Shown here piece by piece: positions 9,370-19,766 of a stretch of DNA of 64,000 bases. Each line of letters begins with the position of its first letter. Position 1 is the first letter of the stretch. The notes beneath the pieces were generated by a model, which saw nothing but the letters and a program-made list of their open reading frames with translations, searched no databases and was not told the DNA's origin. Source of the stretch: Sulfurospirillaceae bacterium (GTDB lineage Bacteria; Campylobacterota; Campylobacteria; Campylobacterales; Sulfurospirillaceae); contig JAWVXD010000007.1 of NCBI GenBank assembly GCA_033723415.1, positions 32,001-96,000 on the forward strand, given 5' to 3'. The translations under genes were made by a program, and so were the position numbers.

Positions 9370-10298
9370 TAAACAAACAGCCCATTTACACTTTCATTAT
9401 GATATACTCTTCTGATTACTTCTGCAAATGTAGGTGCTACGCTTAATACTTTTATCTTTGAACACTCTTGTTTTAGAGGAATAGTATCTGAGACAACAAG
9501 CTCGTCCAAATCACCATTTTCGATTCTTTCATAAGCAGGGCCGCTAAGTACCGCATGCGTACAACATGCCATAACACTGGTCGCACCTCTTGCTTTTAAC
9601 ACCTGGGCACCTTTGACTATGGTCCCGGCAGTATCTATCATATCATCTACCAAGATAACATCTTTGCCTTCTACATCGCCGATAATGTTCATGATCTCAG
9701 CTTCGTTAGCCTTCTCTCTTCTTTTATCAACGATAACCATATCGCATCCTAATTTTTTTGCAAAACTTCTTGCTCTTGCTACTCCCCCTATATCTGGACT
9801 AGCTATGATAGGGTTTTTTAAATTTTTATTTTTAACATATTCATTAAATATGATTGAGCCATATAAATTATCCACTGGGATATCAAAGAAACCTTGAATT
9901 TGACCTGCATGAAGATCAATTGTTACAACTCTGTCAATACCTGCAACTTGTATCATATTTGCTACCAATTTAGCAGTTATAGGTACTCTCGGAGCCGCTT
10001 TTCTGTCTTGTCTGGCATATCCAAAATACGGCATAATAGCCGTGATTGAGCTAGCAGAACTTCTTCTTAGTGCATCAGTTAAAATTAATAACTCCATCAG
10101 ATTGACATTTGCCGGTGAACACGTTGATTGGATGATAAATACATCTTTACCGCGAACACTTTCACTTATCTGTACACTGATCTCTCCATCGCTAAATCTC
10201 TTGATTTCAGCCGGCGAAAGTGGTAAGGCTAGATATTTAGCAACTTTTTTTGAAAATTCCGGATTTGCAGTTCCTGCAAAGACTTTATACCCTCTCAT
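9369..10298 (-). CDS. prs: Ribose-phosphate pyrophosphokinase
   Basis: [25 protein letters not shown]. Confidence 0.98.
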   Translation of the reverse strand: MRGYKVFAGTANPEFSKKVAKYLALPLSPAEIKRFSDGEISVQISESVRGKDVFIIQSTCSPANVNLMELLILTDALRRSSASSITAIMPYFGYARQDRKAAPRVPITAKLVANMIQVAGIDRVVTIDLHAGQIQGFFDIPVDNLYGSIIFNEYVKNKNLKNPIIASPDIGGVARARSFAKKLGCDMVIVDKRREKANEAEIMNIIGDVEGKDVILVDDMIDTAGTIVKGAQVLKARGATSVMACCTHAVLSGPAYERIENGDLDELVVSDTIPLKQECSKIKVLSVAPTFAEVIRRVYHNESVNGLFV

Positions 10299-10407
10299 AT
10301 CATGATTTCCTTTGAAAATAGTAGATGCGTATTTTACTAAATAAGGACTTAAAAAGATATTTTTTTAAGCCTTGTTTTACTATATTTTTATTTAATGCTT
10401 CTGTATG

Positions 10408-11049
10408 CTATTTGATAAATTCAACAACTTCATCAAAAGGTAATCTTATATGCTCAGGTTGGGCATTTACCCTATAGCCAAATGGCAAAACCAAAGCAAG
10501 TTGAAATTTAGAGGTATCAAGACCTAGAACTGTTTCTACTCCATCTTTATCAAACCCTTCGATAGGACAAGAATCTATACCTAACATGCCTGCGGCATTC
10601 ATCATATTGCCTGCGGCAATATAAGTTTGTCTGGCTGTCCATGAATAAATCTTTTCATCTGTACTCAAGGTATCTTTAAGATGTTCTGCGTAAACATTCA
10701 TATAAGTATCGATCTTTTCTTTTGGTCCTTCTCTTCGCTCAAATCTCTTCCTTGGGATACCGCTTTCCACTTTTACATTTTCGATAGCTGCCAATAGTAC
10801 AACTAGATGTGAACAAGAAGTAACCTGAACTTGATTCCAGCAAAATGGTCTGATCTTTGCCTTTAGATCTTCATTTGTTATCACCAAAAATTTCCATGCT
10901 TCCATACCAAAGGATGATGGAGACATTCTACCGATCTCTAAGATAAAGTTCATATCTTCTTGCGATATTTTTTTTGTGTCATCAAAAAGCTTACATGCAT
11001 GTCTAAATTTTGCACCTTGCATAATTTGATCTTTTAATGCTTTGTTCAT
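10408..11049 (-). CDS. NAD(P)H-dependent nitroreductase family protein
   Basis: FRHACKLFD, SPSSFGMEAW, GIDSCPIEGF. Confidence 0.92.
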   Translation of the reverse strand: MNKALKDQIMQGAKFRHACKLFDDTKKISQEDMNFILEIGRMSPSSFGMEAWKFLVITNEDLKAKIRPFCWNQVQVTSCSHLVVLLAAIENVKVESGIPRKRFERREGPKEKIDTYMNVYAEHLKDTLSTDEKIYSWTARQTYIAAGNMMNAAGMLGIDSCPIEGFDKDGVETVLGLDTSKFQLALVLPFGYRVNAQPEHIRLPFDEVVEFIK

Positions 11050-11112
11050 TTTATTCCTTTTATTGTTTTTTGATACTTTATTTGATTTTATGTAAATTTT
11101 GTGCGTTTAAAA

Positions 11113-11739
11113 TTATTTATACAGGGTTATAAAACCTCTGTGAAGTTTCAGCTTTTCTTCTTTTTCTAACTCTTTCAAAATTCTACTTACCACCACTCTT
11201 GATGTTCCAAGATTTTGTGCGATCTTTTCATGAGTTGTGTAAATATTTTCACAATTTTTACTTTTAATGTATGATAGAATTCTATCCTTAAGAGGCTTAA
11301 ATTTCAAATCTTCAATCAGAGTGGCAAGAGATATTAATTTTAGAGAAAACAGTCCAAACATATAATCTTGATAACTGTCAGATTCTCTCATGAGTTCTTT
11401 TATACTATTTGTATCTAATATATAACCTTTGACTGCACTTGTAGTTACAGCACTTGCAAGAGCCGGTGTAGATGTGATCGAGCTTGAGGTATTTATGACG
11501 CATTGCTCACCTGCATCTACTTGATATAGTGTTATTTCGTAGCCTTCAGGACTTTGAAGATATACTTTTATACTTCCTGATTCAATATACAAAATCCCAC
11601 CGCATAATTCACCCTGCAAAAAAAGTACCTTATCCTTTGGAAAAGAAACTTTTTTTGCATAAGTGAAAAATTTATCAGTTTCACTTTGTGTGAAATTATC
11701 AAAAAACCTATAAAGTTCTTCTAATCTTCTTTCTTGCAT
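11113..11739 (-). CDS. Crp/Fnr family transcriptional regulator
   Basis: GSIKVY..GYEITLY; HTH THEKIAQNLGTSRVVVSRILKELE. Confidence 0.92.
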   Translation of the reverse strand: MQERRLEELYRFFDNFTQSETDKFFTYAKKVSFPKDKVLFLQGELCGGILYIESGSIKVYLQSPEGYEITLYQVDAGEQCVINTSSSITSTPALASAVTTSAVKGYILDTNSIKELMRESDSYQDYMFGLFSLKLISLATLIEDLKFKPLKDRILSYIKSKNCENIYTTHEKIAQNLGTSRVVVSRILKELEKEEKLKLHRGFITLYK

Positions 11740-11909
11740 GAGCTAAACTTAAAAAGAGGATATAGGGGACAAAATCCGACTAATCCAGTAACTAAAGGTA
11801 TAACTCCGATATAAGCTATAGGTTGCTTTGCATAATATGCGTATGCAACCAATGCTGCACCAACTACAATTCTAGCTACTCTGTCCATTCCACCAACATT
11901 ACACTTCAT
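11721..11909 (-). CDS. DUF2892/YgaP-like small membrane protein
   Basis: NVGGMDRVARIVVG...GFCPLY signature; SD AGGAG. Confidence 0.88.
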   Translation of the reverse strand: MKCNVGGMDRVARIVVGAALVAYAYYAKQPIAYIGVIPLVTGLVGFCPLYPLFKFSSCKKED

Positions 11910-11965
11910 AAGCTTCTCCTATTTTAAAATATATCACTATTGTACAACTATATTTAAAAATTGTC

Positions 11966-11981
11966 TGTAACATATGTTACA
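11966..11981 (-). promoter_or_regulatory. Perfect 16-bp palindrome TGTAACATATGTTACA, putative Crp/Fnr box
   Basis: Centre at -41.5 if TACAAT (minus, 11939-11944) is the -12..-7 hexamer. Confidence 0.75.
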
Positions 11982-12034
11982 TAGCTTACTATATCATTCT
12001 TAAACTTTAAATAAAATTACGATAAAATACACTT

Positions 12035-12790
12035 ATGTATAATCTATTATTTGTAAATTATCTTATGTTTAACCTTTTAAATGCACTAAAAAATGCAAAC
12101 GCCGTGCATGATAATAGTGATATAGAACATCTTCATAAATTTAGAGTATATACTAGAAGAGTTGTATCTTTGTTAAAACTTTTTATGCCCGAAGAAAAAA
12201 AGATAATAAAATCGTTAAAAAGAGCATTAAAATACACTAACGTGTTAAGAGATTTAGATGTATTGCTATTGACGATCAATGAAAAAAAATTCCCTAATCT
12301 AAAAAATGAGATAAGACAATATAGAATAAATGAGTATAAAAGAGTATGGACCAAAGAAACTTTGGATGAAATATCATCGATCATTCTTAATGCCTCTGAT
12401 GAATTACACACTCTTCCAGGTATTGACTCATACCTACATATGATAGAAGTTGCAGAACAATATTTTGCTGATACTATGCACATATATCGTACATTATCCA
12501 GCGAACATGACAGTGATAAAAAATTTCATGAGGTAAGAATAAGGTTTAAGATTGCCAGATATGCTTTTGAATTTCTGAAAAATTGTCAGATAGCAGAAGA
12601 AGAAAGTAAGATCGAAGAATGCAAAAAAGCTCAAAAAAGCTTCGGAGATGTTCAAGATATATATTCTCAACTGCAGTGGTTTAAAGAATACAGCAAAACA
12701 AATCCATCAAAAGAATGTACGAAGATCATAAATAAACTCACTAAAAAATTAAAAAAAGAGAGGCAAAATATTACGCTCTCTTCTAGTTGA
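12035..12790 (+). CDS. CHAD domain protein (polyphosphate-binding)
   Basis: EHLHKFRV, LRDLDV, FHEVRIRFKIARY, FGDVQD; true start may be 12065. Confidence 0.88.
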   Translation: MYNLLFVNYLMFNLLNALKNANAVHDNSDIEHLHKFRVYTRRVVSLLKLFMPEEKKIIKSLKRALKYTNVLRDLDVLLLTINEKKFPNLKNEIRQYRINEYKRVWTKETLDEISSIILNASDELHTLPGIDSYLHMIEVAEQYFADTMHIYRTLSSEHDSDKKFHEVRIRFKIARYAFEFLKNCQIAEEESKIEECKKAQKSFGDVQDIYSQLQWFKEYSKTNPSKECTKIINKLTKKLKKERQNITLSSS

Positions 12791-12802
12791 TCTTTAGGAT
12801 TG

Positions 12803-14716
12803 TTAAATTATCCTAGCTCCATAAAAATGTACATTTTTAATAGTATCTTTGCTTACGTATATAATCTCACATTTAAATTCTGTTTTACCGGAGAGTTCAT
12901 GTTTCGTCTTGATCGTAAGAATATCGCCTTTTTGCCTATTTATCTCTTCATTGACATCATAAAAAGATATGCCGTTGGATGACAAGTCAAATACATATAA
13001 ACTATTTGATTTTGCATCCTTTGCCTCCAATGGAGGAGTTATAACTGTTCTTTTGGCGTCTCTGTTATCCAAAACTACTTCAAACCCATCTGCAAGAGTT
13101 TTCAATGATGCACTTTTATCAGCCGTATCTTTCATGATCTCTTTTGCATCTTCTGCATTTTTTACAAGAGTTTTGCTAGAAGCATCAACATTTTCCAATT
13201 CTTCTTGCATCTTATTTAGCATAGTAGATTCTTCAGTAAATTGGATATTAAATTCGCTTAAATATTTTGAGATCAAATCAAAACTGTCTCTTATATCTTC
13301 AAAGTTTTTCTCTATAACCTTTGAGCTGTCTGCTAGCGTAATAACGCTTTCTTTTGATTTTTTTGCACTTTGAGAAACATTATCTATCTGTTGGTTTATC
13401 TTTTTCAGTACAACACCAATATCATCGGCATTTTTTTGAGACACCTCAGCTAACTCTCTTATCTTTTCCGCCACAACTGCAAAACTTCTTCCGTGAACGC
13501 CTGCACGAGCTGCCTCAATCGCCGCATTCAGTGATATAAGATTCGTTTCATCTGCAATGTCTGAGATAATATCCATCATTTTTGAGATCTCATTTGAGAA
13601 AGTCTTTAAATCTTGTACTGTCATGGTTGTTTCTTCCATGGACTTTGCAGCATCTAATCCTTGCTCTAAATTCTTTGAAACTTCCAACTTACTCTTATCA
13701 ACAATCTTATTTGAATTATGCGAACTATCCATCATCTTTGACAATGTTTCTTGCATAATTGCATTATCTTGAAATATCTCTTTTAATTTTTGTTGTGAAT
13801 TTTCAAGTACGTCATGCTGTGTTTTTACGAGCTCATTCGTCTTATCTATCTTTGCATAACCATAACTTGCATTAAAAGCCATATGTTTACTTTCCATAAC
13901 GACATTTTCTATAACCGGCTTGAGAGTGTTTACCATCTTATTCATATGTCTAAACAACATGTCAATCTCATTTTGACTGTTTTCCGTGTCTGCCGGTTCA
14001 TCTTTCACGATATCTTCTATGACAAAGTTTCCTTTTTCTACTCTTAAAATGACTTCCAAAAGTTTATTGACTCGTTTTGAAACATACTTTTTAAAGAGGA
14101 AATATGTAAGAAGTAGAATTATAACTATATTGATGATCCCCGTCAGAACCGTCAGTAGTATGTTGTTATCAATAGACGCGCTAAAATCGCTCAGATCTAT
14201 CCTAACATCTTCAATCGCTATCACATCTCCAGGCCTCCAAGTCGGGTGACACATTTTACATCTTTTTTCTGCCATGATAGGACGAGCCATCAAATAAAAA
14301 CTTTTATTTGAATCTTTAATATTTTGTTCGTATTGTTTTAGTTGTCTGTCTTCTTTAAATATATTTATTATATTACTTTCATATTCTGTAGCTTTATTTT
14401 TAGGATTCATAGGAGTATTTGAAGCTTCTTTGAAAAATACTTTTCCTTTTGATAATTTCGTAAATCTATCAAAAACTTCATTTTGAATCATTTGAGGTAT
14501 TTCGGTTGATTGCCCGCTAAAGAATTTCTGATTTCTAGAGTCTAATAAAACATCGGCAAAATTTAGTACCGATGTACCTTGAGATTTCAAGTTTTGTGTC
14601 AAAGATTCTTTTTCTTTAACATAACCGTAATAATAAAAAACTGTTGAAATTGCGATAAATGCACAAGCAAACATAATCGAAAACATGGTCGAAAGCTTTA
14701 ACTTTTTTATGTTCAT
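12803..14716 (-). CDS. Methyl-accepting chemotaxis protein with periplasmic DUF3365-type heme-c domain and C-terminal PilZ domain
   Basis: Two TMs; CKMCH; IADETNLISLNAAIEAARAG; C-terminal RDAKR...DLSSNG. Confidence 0.88.
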   Translation of the reverse strand: MNIKKLKLSTMFSIMFACAFIAISTVFYYYGYVKEKESLTQNLKSQGTSVLNFADVLLDSRNQKFFSGQSTEIPQMIQNEVFDRFTKLSKGKVFFKEASNTPMNPKNKATEYESNIINIFKEDRQLKQYEQNIKDSNKSFYLMARPIMAEKRCKMCHPTWRPGDVIAIEDVRIDLSDFSASIDNNILLTVLTGIINIVIILLLTYFLFKKYVSKRVNKLLEVILRVEKGNFVIEDIVKDEPADTENSQNEIDMLFRHMNKMVNTLKPVIENVVMESKHMAFNASYGYAKIDKTNELVKTQHDVLENSQQKLKEIFQDNAIMQETLSKMMDSSHNSNKIVDKSKLEVSKNLEQGLDAAKSMEETTMTVQDLKTFSNEISKMMDIISDIADETNLISLNAAIEAARAGVHGRSFAVVAEKIRELAEVSQKNADDIGVVLKKINQQIDNVSQSAKKSKESVITLADSSKVIEKNFEDIRDSFDLISKYLSEFNIQFTEESTMLNKMQEELENVDASSKTLVKNAEDAKEIMKDTADKSASLKTLADGFEVVLDNRDAKRTVITPPLEAKDAKSNSLYVFDLSSNGISFYDVNEEINRQKGDILTIKTKHELSGKTEFKCEIIYVSKDTIKNVHFYGARII

Positions 14717-14780
14717 TCTCTACCCACTTTTGATTTCAGATAGAGAATATTACCAAAAAATTTCTGCAATTGAGTTTAAA

Positions 14781-15797
14781 TTATACTATCCAGGCACTAC
14801 CTATAACCATGTCACCATCATAAAAAACTGCCATCTGTCCAGCCGCTATTGCTTGCAAAGGCTCATGTAGTAATATCTCTGCATCATTACCTTTTATATT
14901 TACAATGCATCTGCTTTTTGGGCTTCTATATCTTATCTTAACTGAACACTCAAATTTACTTTCGTTGATAAACATATTAACATCTTTTGCTACAAAACTG
15001 TTCATAGTCAAATCATCTTTATCGCCTACTATTATCTCATTTGTCTGAGGATTCGTAGATATTACATAGTGTGGACTTAGAGCTCCTTTTACACTAAAGC
15101 CTTTTCTTTTCCCTATCGTGTAATGCATATATCCTTTGTGTTCACCTACTATTTCACCCTTGGTATTTAAAACATTTCCTGGTTTATCAGTACTTGTGTG
15201 TTTTTTTAAAACATCTATGTAAGTAGTATCTACAAAACATATTTCACTACTCTCTTTTTGTGTTGCAAACTCTTGTAAGACATCTATTTGAGAAGCAAAT
15301 TTTTTTACATCTTCTTTATACATCTCACCCAAAGGAAACGTAACAAAATCAAGATTCTCTTTCTTCACATTTGCCAAAAAGTAACTCTGATCTTTTGTTT
15401 TATCAACAGCTTCTTTGATAAAACCATCTACAACTTGAACATAGTGTCCTGTTGCCAATTTATCTACACCTAACTCTTTTGCAAATTCAATGAGTGCTCC
15501 AAATTTTATATTTCTATTACACAGTGCACAAGGGTTAGGAGTTAATCCCTCTTCATATTTTTTTATAAAAGGCATATAAACAAATTCATTGAACCTATCC
15601 CTGATGTCAAGAACATGATAAGATATGCCAAGATATTCGGAAACTTTTTTGATCTTTCTTATATTTTCTTCATGTGATTTTTCGTCATTATGAAGCCTCA
15701 TATATACACCTTGTATATCGTGACCTTTTTCTTTTAATTTGTATGCGGTAACTGTTGAGTCAACACCCCCGCTCATTGCAACTAGTATTTTAGACAT
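14781..15797 (-). CDS. mnmA: tRNA 2-thiouridylase
   Basis: AMSGGVDS, TPNPCALCN, KDQSYFL, ESSEICF. Confidence 0.97.
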   Translation of the reverse strand: MSKILVAMSGGVDSTVTAYKLKEKGHDIQGVYMRLHNDEKSHEENIRKIKKVSEYLGISYHVLDIRDRFNEFVYMPFIKKYEEGLTPNPCALCNRNIKFGALIEFAKELGVDKLATGHYVQVVDGFIKEAVDKTKDQSYFLANVKKENLDFVTFPLGEMYKEDVKKFASQIDVLQEFATQKESSEICFVDTTYIDVLKKHTSTDKPGNVLNTKGEIVGEHKGYMHYTIGKRKGFSVKGALSPHYVISTNPQTNEIIVGDKDDLTMNSFVAKDVNMFINESKFECSVKIRYRSPKSRCIVNIKGNDAEILLHEPLQAIAAGQMAVFYDGDMVIGSAWIV

Positions 15798-15896
15798 TTT
15801 TGTTTCTTTTTGAAGTATTTTTAAGTTTTATATTACATCTTTTTTGCTTAAAAACTCTCGTTATTAATTATAGAGTTTTTTCGTCAAAGCTAGATA

Positions 15897-16760
15897 TTAT
15901 CTTAATTTTTCCAATCGCTCTCTTCTTGATCCGATCTCTCCGACTTGAATACCAAAGTTACCGTCTACTATAACCACTTCTCCGATAGCTATAACCTTAT
16001 CTCCAACTAAAATCTCTAGCGGATCATTTGCAAGTTGTTCCAATTCTATAACTGATCCTATATCCATAGATAAAACATCTTTAAGGAGCATTTTTTTATA
16101 ACCTATACGTACTCTTATAGGCAATGCCACATCTTTGATAAGTTCAATATTTCTAGTTTCTGAAGCATCCAAATTGACTTGATTTTCAATATTATTCTGC
16201 TCTAGTACTCTTTTTTCTACTTTCTCGATTATTTCTTTAGGAGCATTTTCTCCTGAGAGTCTTGAATACAAATCGCTATCAAGGGCAAATGAAATATTAT
16301 CCATACAACTCTTAATATTAATATTAAATATAAGAAGATGATTGAACTCTTCAAAAGCAACAACTTGTGAAGAATCTTTGAATTCTATATTTTCAACACT
16401 AAAATTAATATTCGGCATATCTTTTTGTGCTTTTAATGCAGTAGAAAAAGAGCCTAATATATTTGAGATAATCTCTTTTGTTGCATCTAGATCATCATCA
16501 TCCATCTCTTCTTTTTCCGTGCCCTCACCACCAAGCATCATATCACCAATAGCAGTTGCCAAATTAGTAGATATAGCAACACTTATATTGGTATTTAGAT
16601 CACCTGAGATTTTTACTTTTGAGACTGCAATAGGCGGTGTCAAGGTCGTTTTGCTGTCTATTTCTATATTTCCATGAAGTTCAACTTTTGGACTGGCCCC
16701 GGTTAATCCCTCTATTGTTGATACGATCTCATCTTGTAATAATTTTAAAAAATCTGACAT
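15897..16760 (-). CDS. fliY: Flagellar motor switch protein FliY
   Basis: CheC-like N-terminus; SpoA C-terminus GEVVIVDGNFGIQ; follows fliM. Confidence 0.92.
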   Translation of the reverse strand: MSDFLKLLQDEIVSTIEGLTGASPKVELHGNIEIDSKTTLTPPIAVSKVKISGDLNTNISVAISTNLATAIGDMMLGGEGTEKEEMDDDDLDATKEIISNILGSFSTALKAQKDMPNINFSVENIEFKDSSQVVAFEEFNHLLIFNINIKSCMDNISFALDSDLYSRLSGENAPKEIIEKVEKRVLEQNNIENQVNLDASETRNIELIKDVALPIRVRIGYKKMLLKDVLSMDIGSVIELEQLANDPLEILVGDKVIAIGEVVIVDGNFGIQVGEIGSRRERLEKLR

Positions 16761-16771
16761 AACACCCTCAT

Positions 16772-17815
16772 TTATGAAGAAACCTTCGCTCTTCTTTTAC
16801 TTTCCAAGACTTCCAATGCATTTTTGATCTCATCTTTGTCTGTTTTTATTAATTGTTCTATTTTAACTGATTTTCTAAATCTATGCAATCCTATTTCACC
16901 CAAAAACAGATCTTTTTTGTCTATTGAAATGATAGCATGATCATCAGATGGTCGATTAAGTATAACTATATCACCTTTTTCAAGATCAAGTAACTCACCA
17001 ACGCTTAGTTCTGTTTTACCCAAGATAGCTTCTGCAAAAACCTCTGCTCTTCCTATCAGTGCATTTAATTCTTTATTTCTACTTTTCTTCGAACTAGTTT
17101 CACCCAACATGATATCTCTATTGGCAAGTCTTGACAGTATTGGTTCAAGGTAAATTACAGGATAACATATGTTTATCATGCCACTTGAATTTCCGATCGA
17201 AATCTCCATTACTACCATAATGACTATTTCGTTTTGTGATACTATCTGTACGACATTCGGACTTGATTCTTTTGCTTCTACAGCCGGGTACATGTCCGTT
17301 ACGGGAGCCCATGCTTCTTTTAATCTTTGCATTATTATTCTAAGAATCGCATCTAAAAGATTTAATTCTATATCTGTTAGTTCTCTTGTAACTTCAAATG
17401 ATTCTCCAATACCGCCAAGTAGTCTGTCGATCATAGGAAAAGCGATCGAAGGATTAATCTCGATTGCACAACTTCCGTCCAAAGGTTTTATGGAAAAAAC
17501 ATTAAAACTTGTCGGAATAGGAAGTGACATTAAAAATTCACCATAGGTCATTTGATCTACAGAGTGAAGCTGTATCTCCACAATACTTCTCATAATAGAT
17601 GAAACCTGTGCTGCTAGATTTCTTGCCATCTTGTCATGTATGCCCTTGACTGCTCGAAGTTGTTCTTTTGAAACTCTGTTTGGTCTTTTAAAGTCGTAAA
17701 GTATGATATGGCGTTCTTCAGAATTGTCCGCTACACTTTCAGGATTTTCTGTGTCGTCATTATCTACAACTTCCAGCAAAGCATCTATTTCTTCTTGACT
17801 TAGTATATCAGCCAT
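16772..17815 (-). CDS. fliM: Flagellar motor switch protein FliM
   Basis: MADILSQEEIDALL; YDFKRPNRVSKEQLR. Confidence 0.97.
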   Translation of the reverse strand: MADILSQEEIDALLEVVDNDDTENPESVADNSEERHIILYDFKRPNRVSKEQLRAVKGIHDKMARNLAAQVSSIMRSIVEIQLHSVDQMTYGEFLMSLPIPTSFNVFSIKPLDGSCAIEINPSIAFPMIDRLLGGIGESFEVTRELTDIELNLLDAILRIIMQRLKEAWAPVTDMYPAVEAKESSPNVVQIVSQNEIVIMVVMEISIGNSSGMINICYPVIYLEPILSRLANRDIMLGETSSKKSRNKELNALIGRAEVFAEAILGKTELSVGELLDLEKGDIVILNRPSDDHAIISIDKKDLFLGEIGLHRFRKSVKIEQLIKTDKDEIKNALEVLESKRRAKVSS

Positions 17816-18524
17816 AATCTCTCCCTAACTCACTTCTGATTTTTCTCAAAAGCTTTTTATGTATTTGAGATATTCTTGACTCACTTATATCCAAGACATC
17901 ACTTATCTCTTTCAAGTTCAACTCTTCAAAATAATAAAGCTGCACTATCATTTGTTCTCTTTCATCAAATTTTGATAATACTTGCTTTATTATATCCAAC
18001 AACTGTTCTTTTTCAACCAATTCAGGCGTATTTTCTCCTGAAAATATCGATAATTGTTCATTTATAGGCATTACTGAGATGACTTTGCAACCATTTCTCG
18101 CCTCTTTTATTTTATCTATGTCTTCTCCGGTGACATCGCTTAGATATTCATCACTTGGTTCTTCTTGAAAATCATTAAAATATTTACTAATCTCTTTATC
18201 TATCAATTTGATAAGTCTTCTATCACTTCTGCTTACAACATCCAAAGAACGTAAAAAGTCTAACATAGAGCCATATACTCTTTTTTTTCCATAACCCCAA
18301 AAAGAGTCATTTTTAACTTTATCGTATCTTTTTGAGAGTTTTATCATCTCTTCTGTTCCGATTGATATCAAATCATCCACATCTATGGATGAAGGCAATC
18401 TTTCTCTTAGCCGATATGCCATAGCTCGAAGAGCCGGAAGATACTGTATCACCAAGTCATCTTGCTCTTTCTTGATACTCTGCAAATATGGATTATGCTG
18501 CTTGTTGATCATTTTCTCCATCAT
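17808..18524 (-). CDS. fliA: RNA polymerase sigma-28
   Basis: ERLPSSIDVDDL; LYYFEELNLKEI..SESRISQIH. Confidence 0.97.
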   Translation of the reverse strand: MMEKMINKQHNPYLQSIKKEQDDLVIQYLPALRAMAYRLRERLPSSIDVDDLISIGTEEMIKLSKRYDKVKNDSFWGYGKKRVYGSMLDFLRSLDVVSRSDRRLIKLIDKEISKYFNDFQEEPSDEYLSDVTGEDIDKIKEARNGCKVISVMPINEQLSIFSGENTPELVEKEQLLDIIKQVLSKFDEREQMIVQLYYFEELNLKEISDVLDISESRISQIHKKLLRKIRSELGRDYG

Positions 18525-18864
18525 CTTCCGTCATACTGTTCAAATGTGTTTGTGCATAATAAAGTTTATTCATCTTATCAATGTCCAATAAAAGAGAATC
18601 AAGTTTATTTTCTCTATAGTCCAACTCTTGCAAAAAATATTCACTTATGTCTTCGTGCTCTTTTTTGTCAAACATCTTACGCCCAAGTCTTGAAAAATCT
18701 ATAAAATTTATCACCACTACATGTATAAATAGATAGAAAAATAGTGTTATAGCCCCTGTATAAAGTAAAATATCCCACGGGCTTACGAAGTTAAGCAAAG
18801 AGAACACTAGCCCAATAAAAAAACCACAGGCCGTAAAAAAATATATATAATTTTCTGTTTGCAT
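18493..18864 (-). CDS. Conserved 2-TM protein between flhG and fliA (Cj0062c-like)
   Basis: ENYIYFFTACGFFIG; conserved position in Campylobacterota. Confidence 0.75.
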   Translation of the reverse strand: MQTENYIYFFTACGFFIGLVFSLLNFVSPWDILLYTGAITLFFYLFIHVVVINFIDFSRLGRKMFDKKEHEDISEYFLQELDYRENKLDSLLLDIDKMNKLYYAQTHLNSMTEDDGENDQQAA

Positions 18865-18887
18865 TGTCCCACAACTCCAATTTTAAA

Positions 18888-19766
18888 CTAAAATTGTTCA
18901 ATCAGCCTTTTAAAAAAACTACCGAAACTTCTATTTACACCATCTTTAAGCACTTTTCGTTCCAACTTGTATACCAGGTTATTTACAATCTGTTTCATAT
19001 CTATTGAAGCCAAAGAATTCGGAGAGTCGTCCGTAAAGAGAGTCCTTTGCTTTATACTCTTTGCGATTAGCCTATCTTCAGGCAATTTTCCGATAAGATT
19101 TAAATCAAGTTTATTGCCTATATTTTGTAATGCCACTTTCTTGATCTTATCAAATATAAGTGATGCCTCTTTGTCATTTTTGACCATATTTAAAATCAAG
19201 AATAATGAAGATTTGATCTTGCTTGTAACTTTTATTGTAGCATAAGCATCTGTTATGGCAGCAGGATCAGGTACGGTTACGACTATCACCTCATCTGCAG
19301 CTTCCAAAAACAGCTGTATATGTCCGCCTATACCTGCGCCTGTGTCTATGATTATGAAATCCAGATCATCTAGCATAGAACTTTCTTCATAAAATCTCTC
19401 AAATATAAATTGATCGCTATATTTTAGTATCTCATCTCCACTTTCTCCTGGGATCAATATAAGATTTTTATTTACGTTGACAATAATATCACTAAGAGAA
19501 CACTCTCCCTTTAACACATGCAAAATATTTTTGTTGATGCGCACATTTAAGATCACATCTAAATTTGCCAAACCTATATCCGCGTCTAAAAGAGCCACTT
19601 TATAGCCATTTTGAGATAAAACGTTTGCCATATTTGCGCTAATGGTACTTTTCCCTACTCCACCTTTTCCGCTTGTGATGGCTACATACTTCGTATTTAC
19701 TTTTTTTTCAGTTTGTCTTTTTTGATCAACAATCTCTTTTAGCTTATTTGCCTGGTTGTTCATCAT
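18888..19766 (-). CDS. flhG: Flagellar number regulator FlhG (MinD-like)
   Basis: TSGKGGVGKS, DADIGLANLD; start moved to MMNNQA. Confidence 0.95.
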   Translation of the reverse strand: MMNNQANKLKEIVDQKRQTEKKVNTKYVAITSGKGGVGKSTISANMANVLSQNGYKVALLDADIGLANLDVILNVRINKNILHVLKGECSLSDIIVNVNKNLILIPGESGDEILKYSDQFIFERFYEESSMLDDLDFIIIDTGAGIGGHIQLFLEAADEVIVVTVPDPAAITDAYATIKVTSKIKSSLFLILNMVKNDKEASLIFDKIKKVALQNIGNKLDLNLIGKLPEDRLIAKSIKQRTLFTDDSPNSLASIDMKQIVNNLVYKLERKVLKDGVNRSFGSFFKRLIEQF

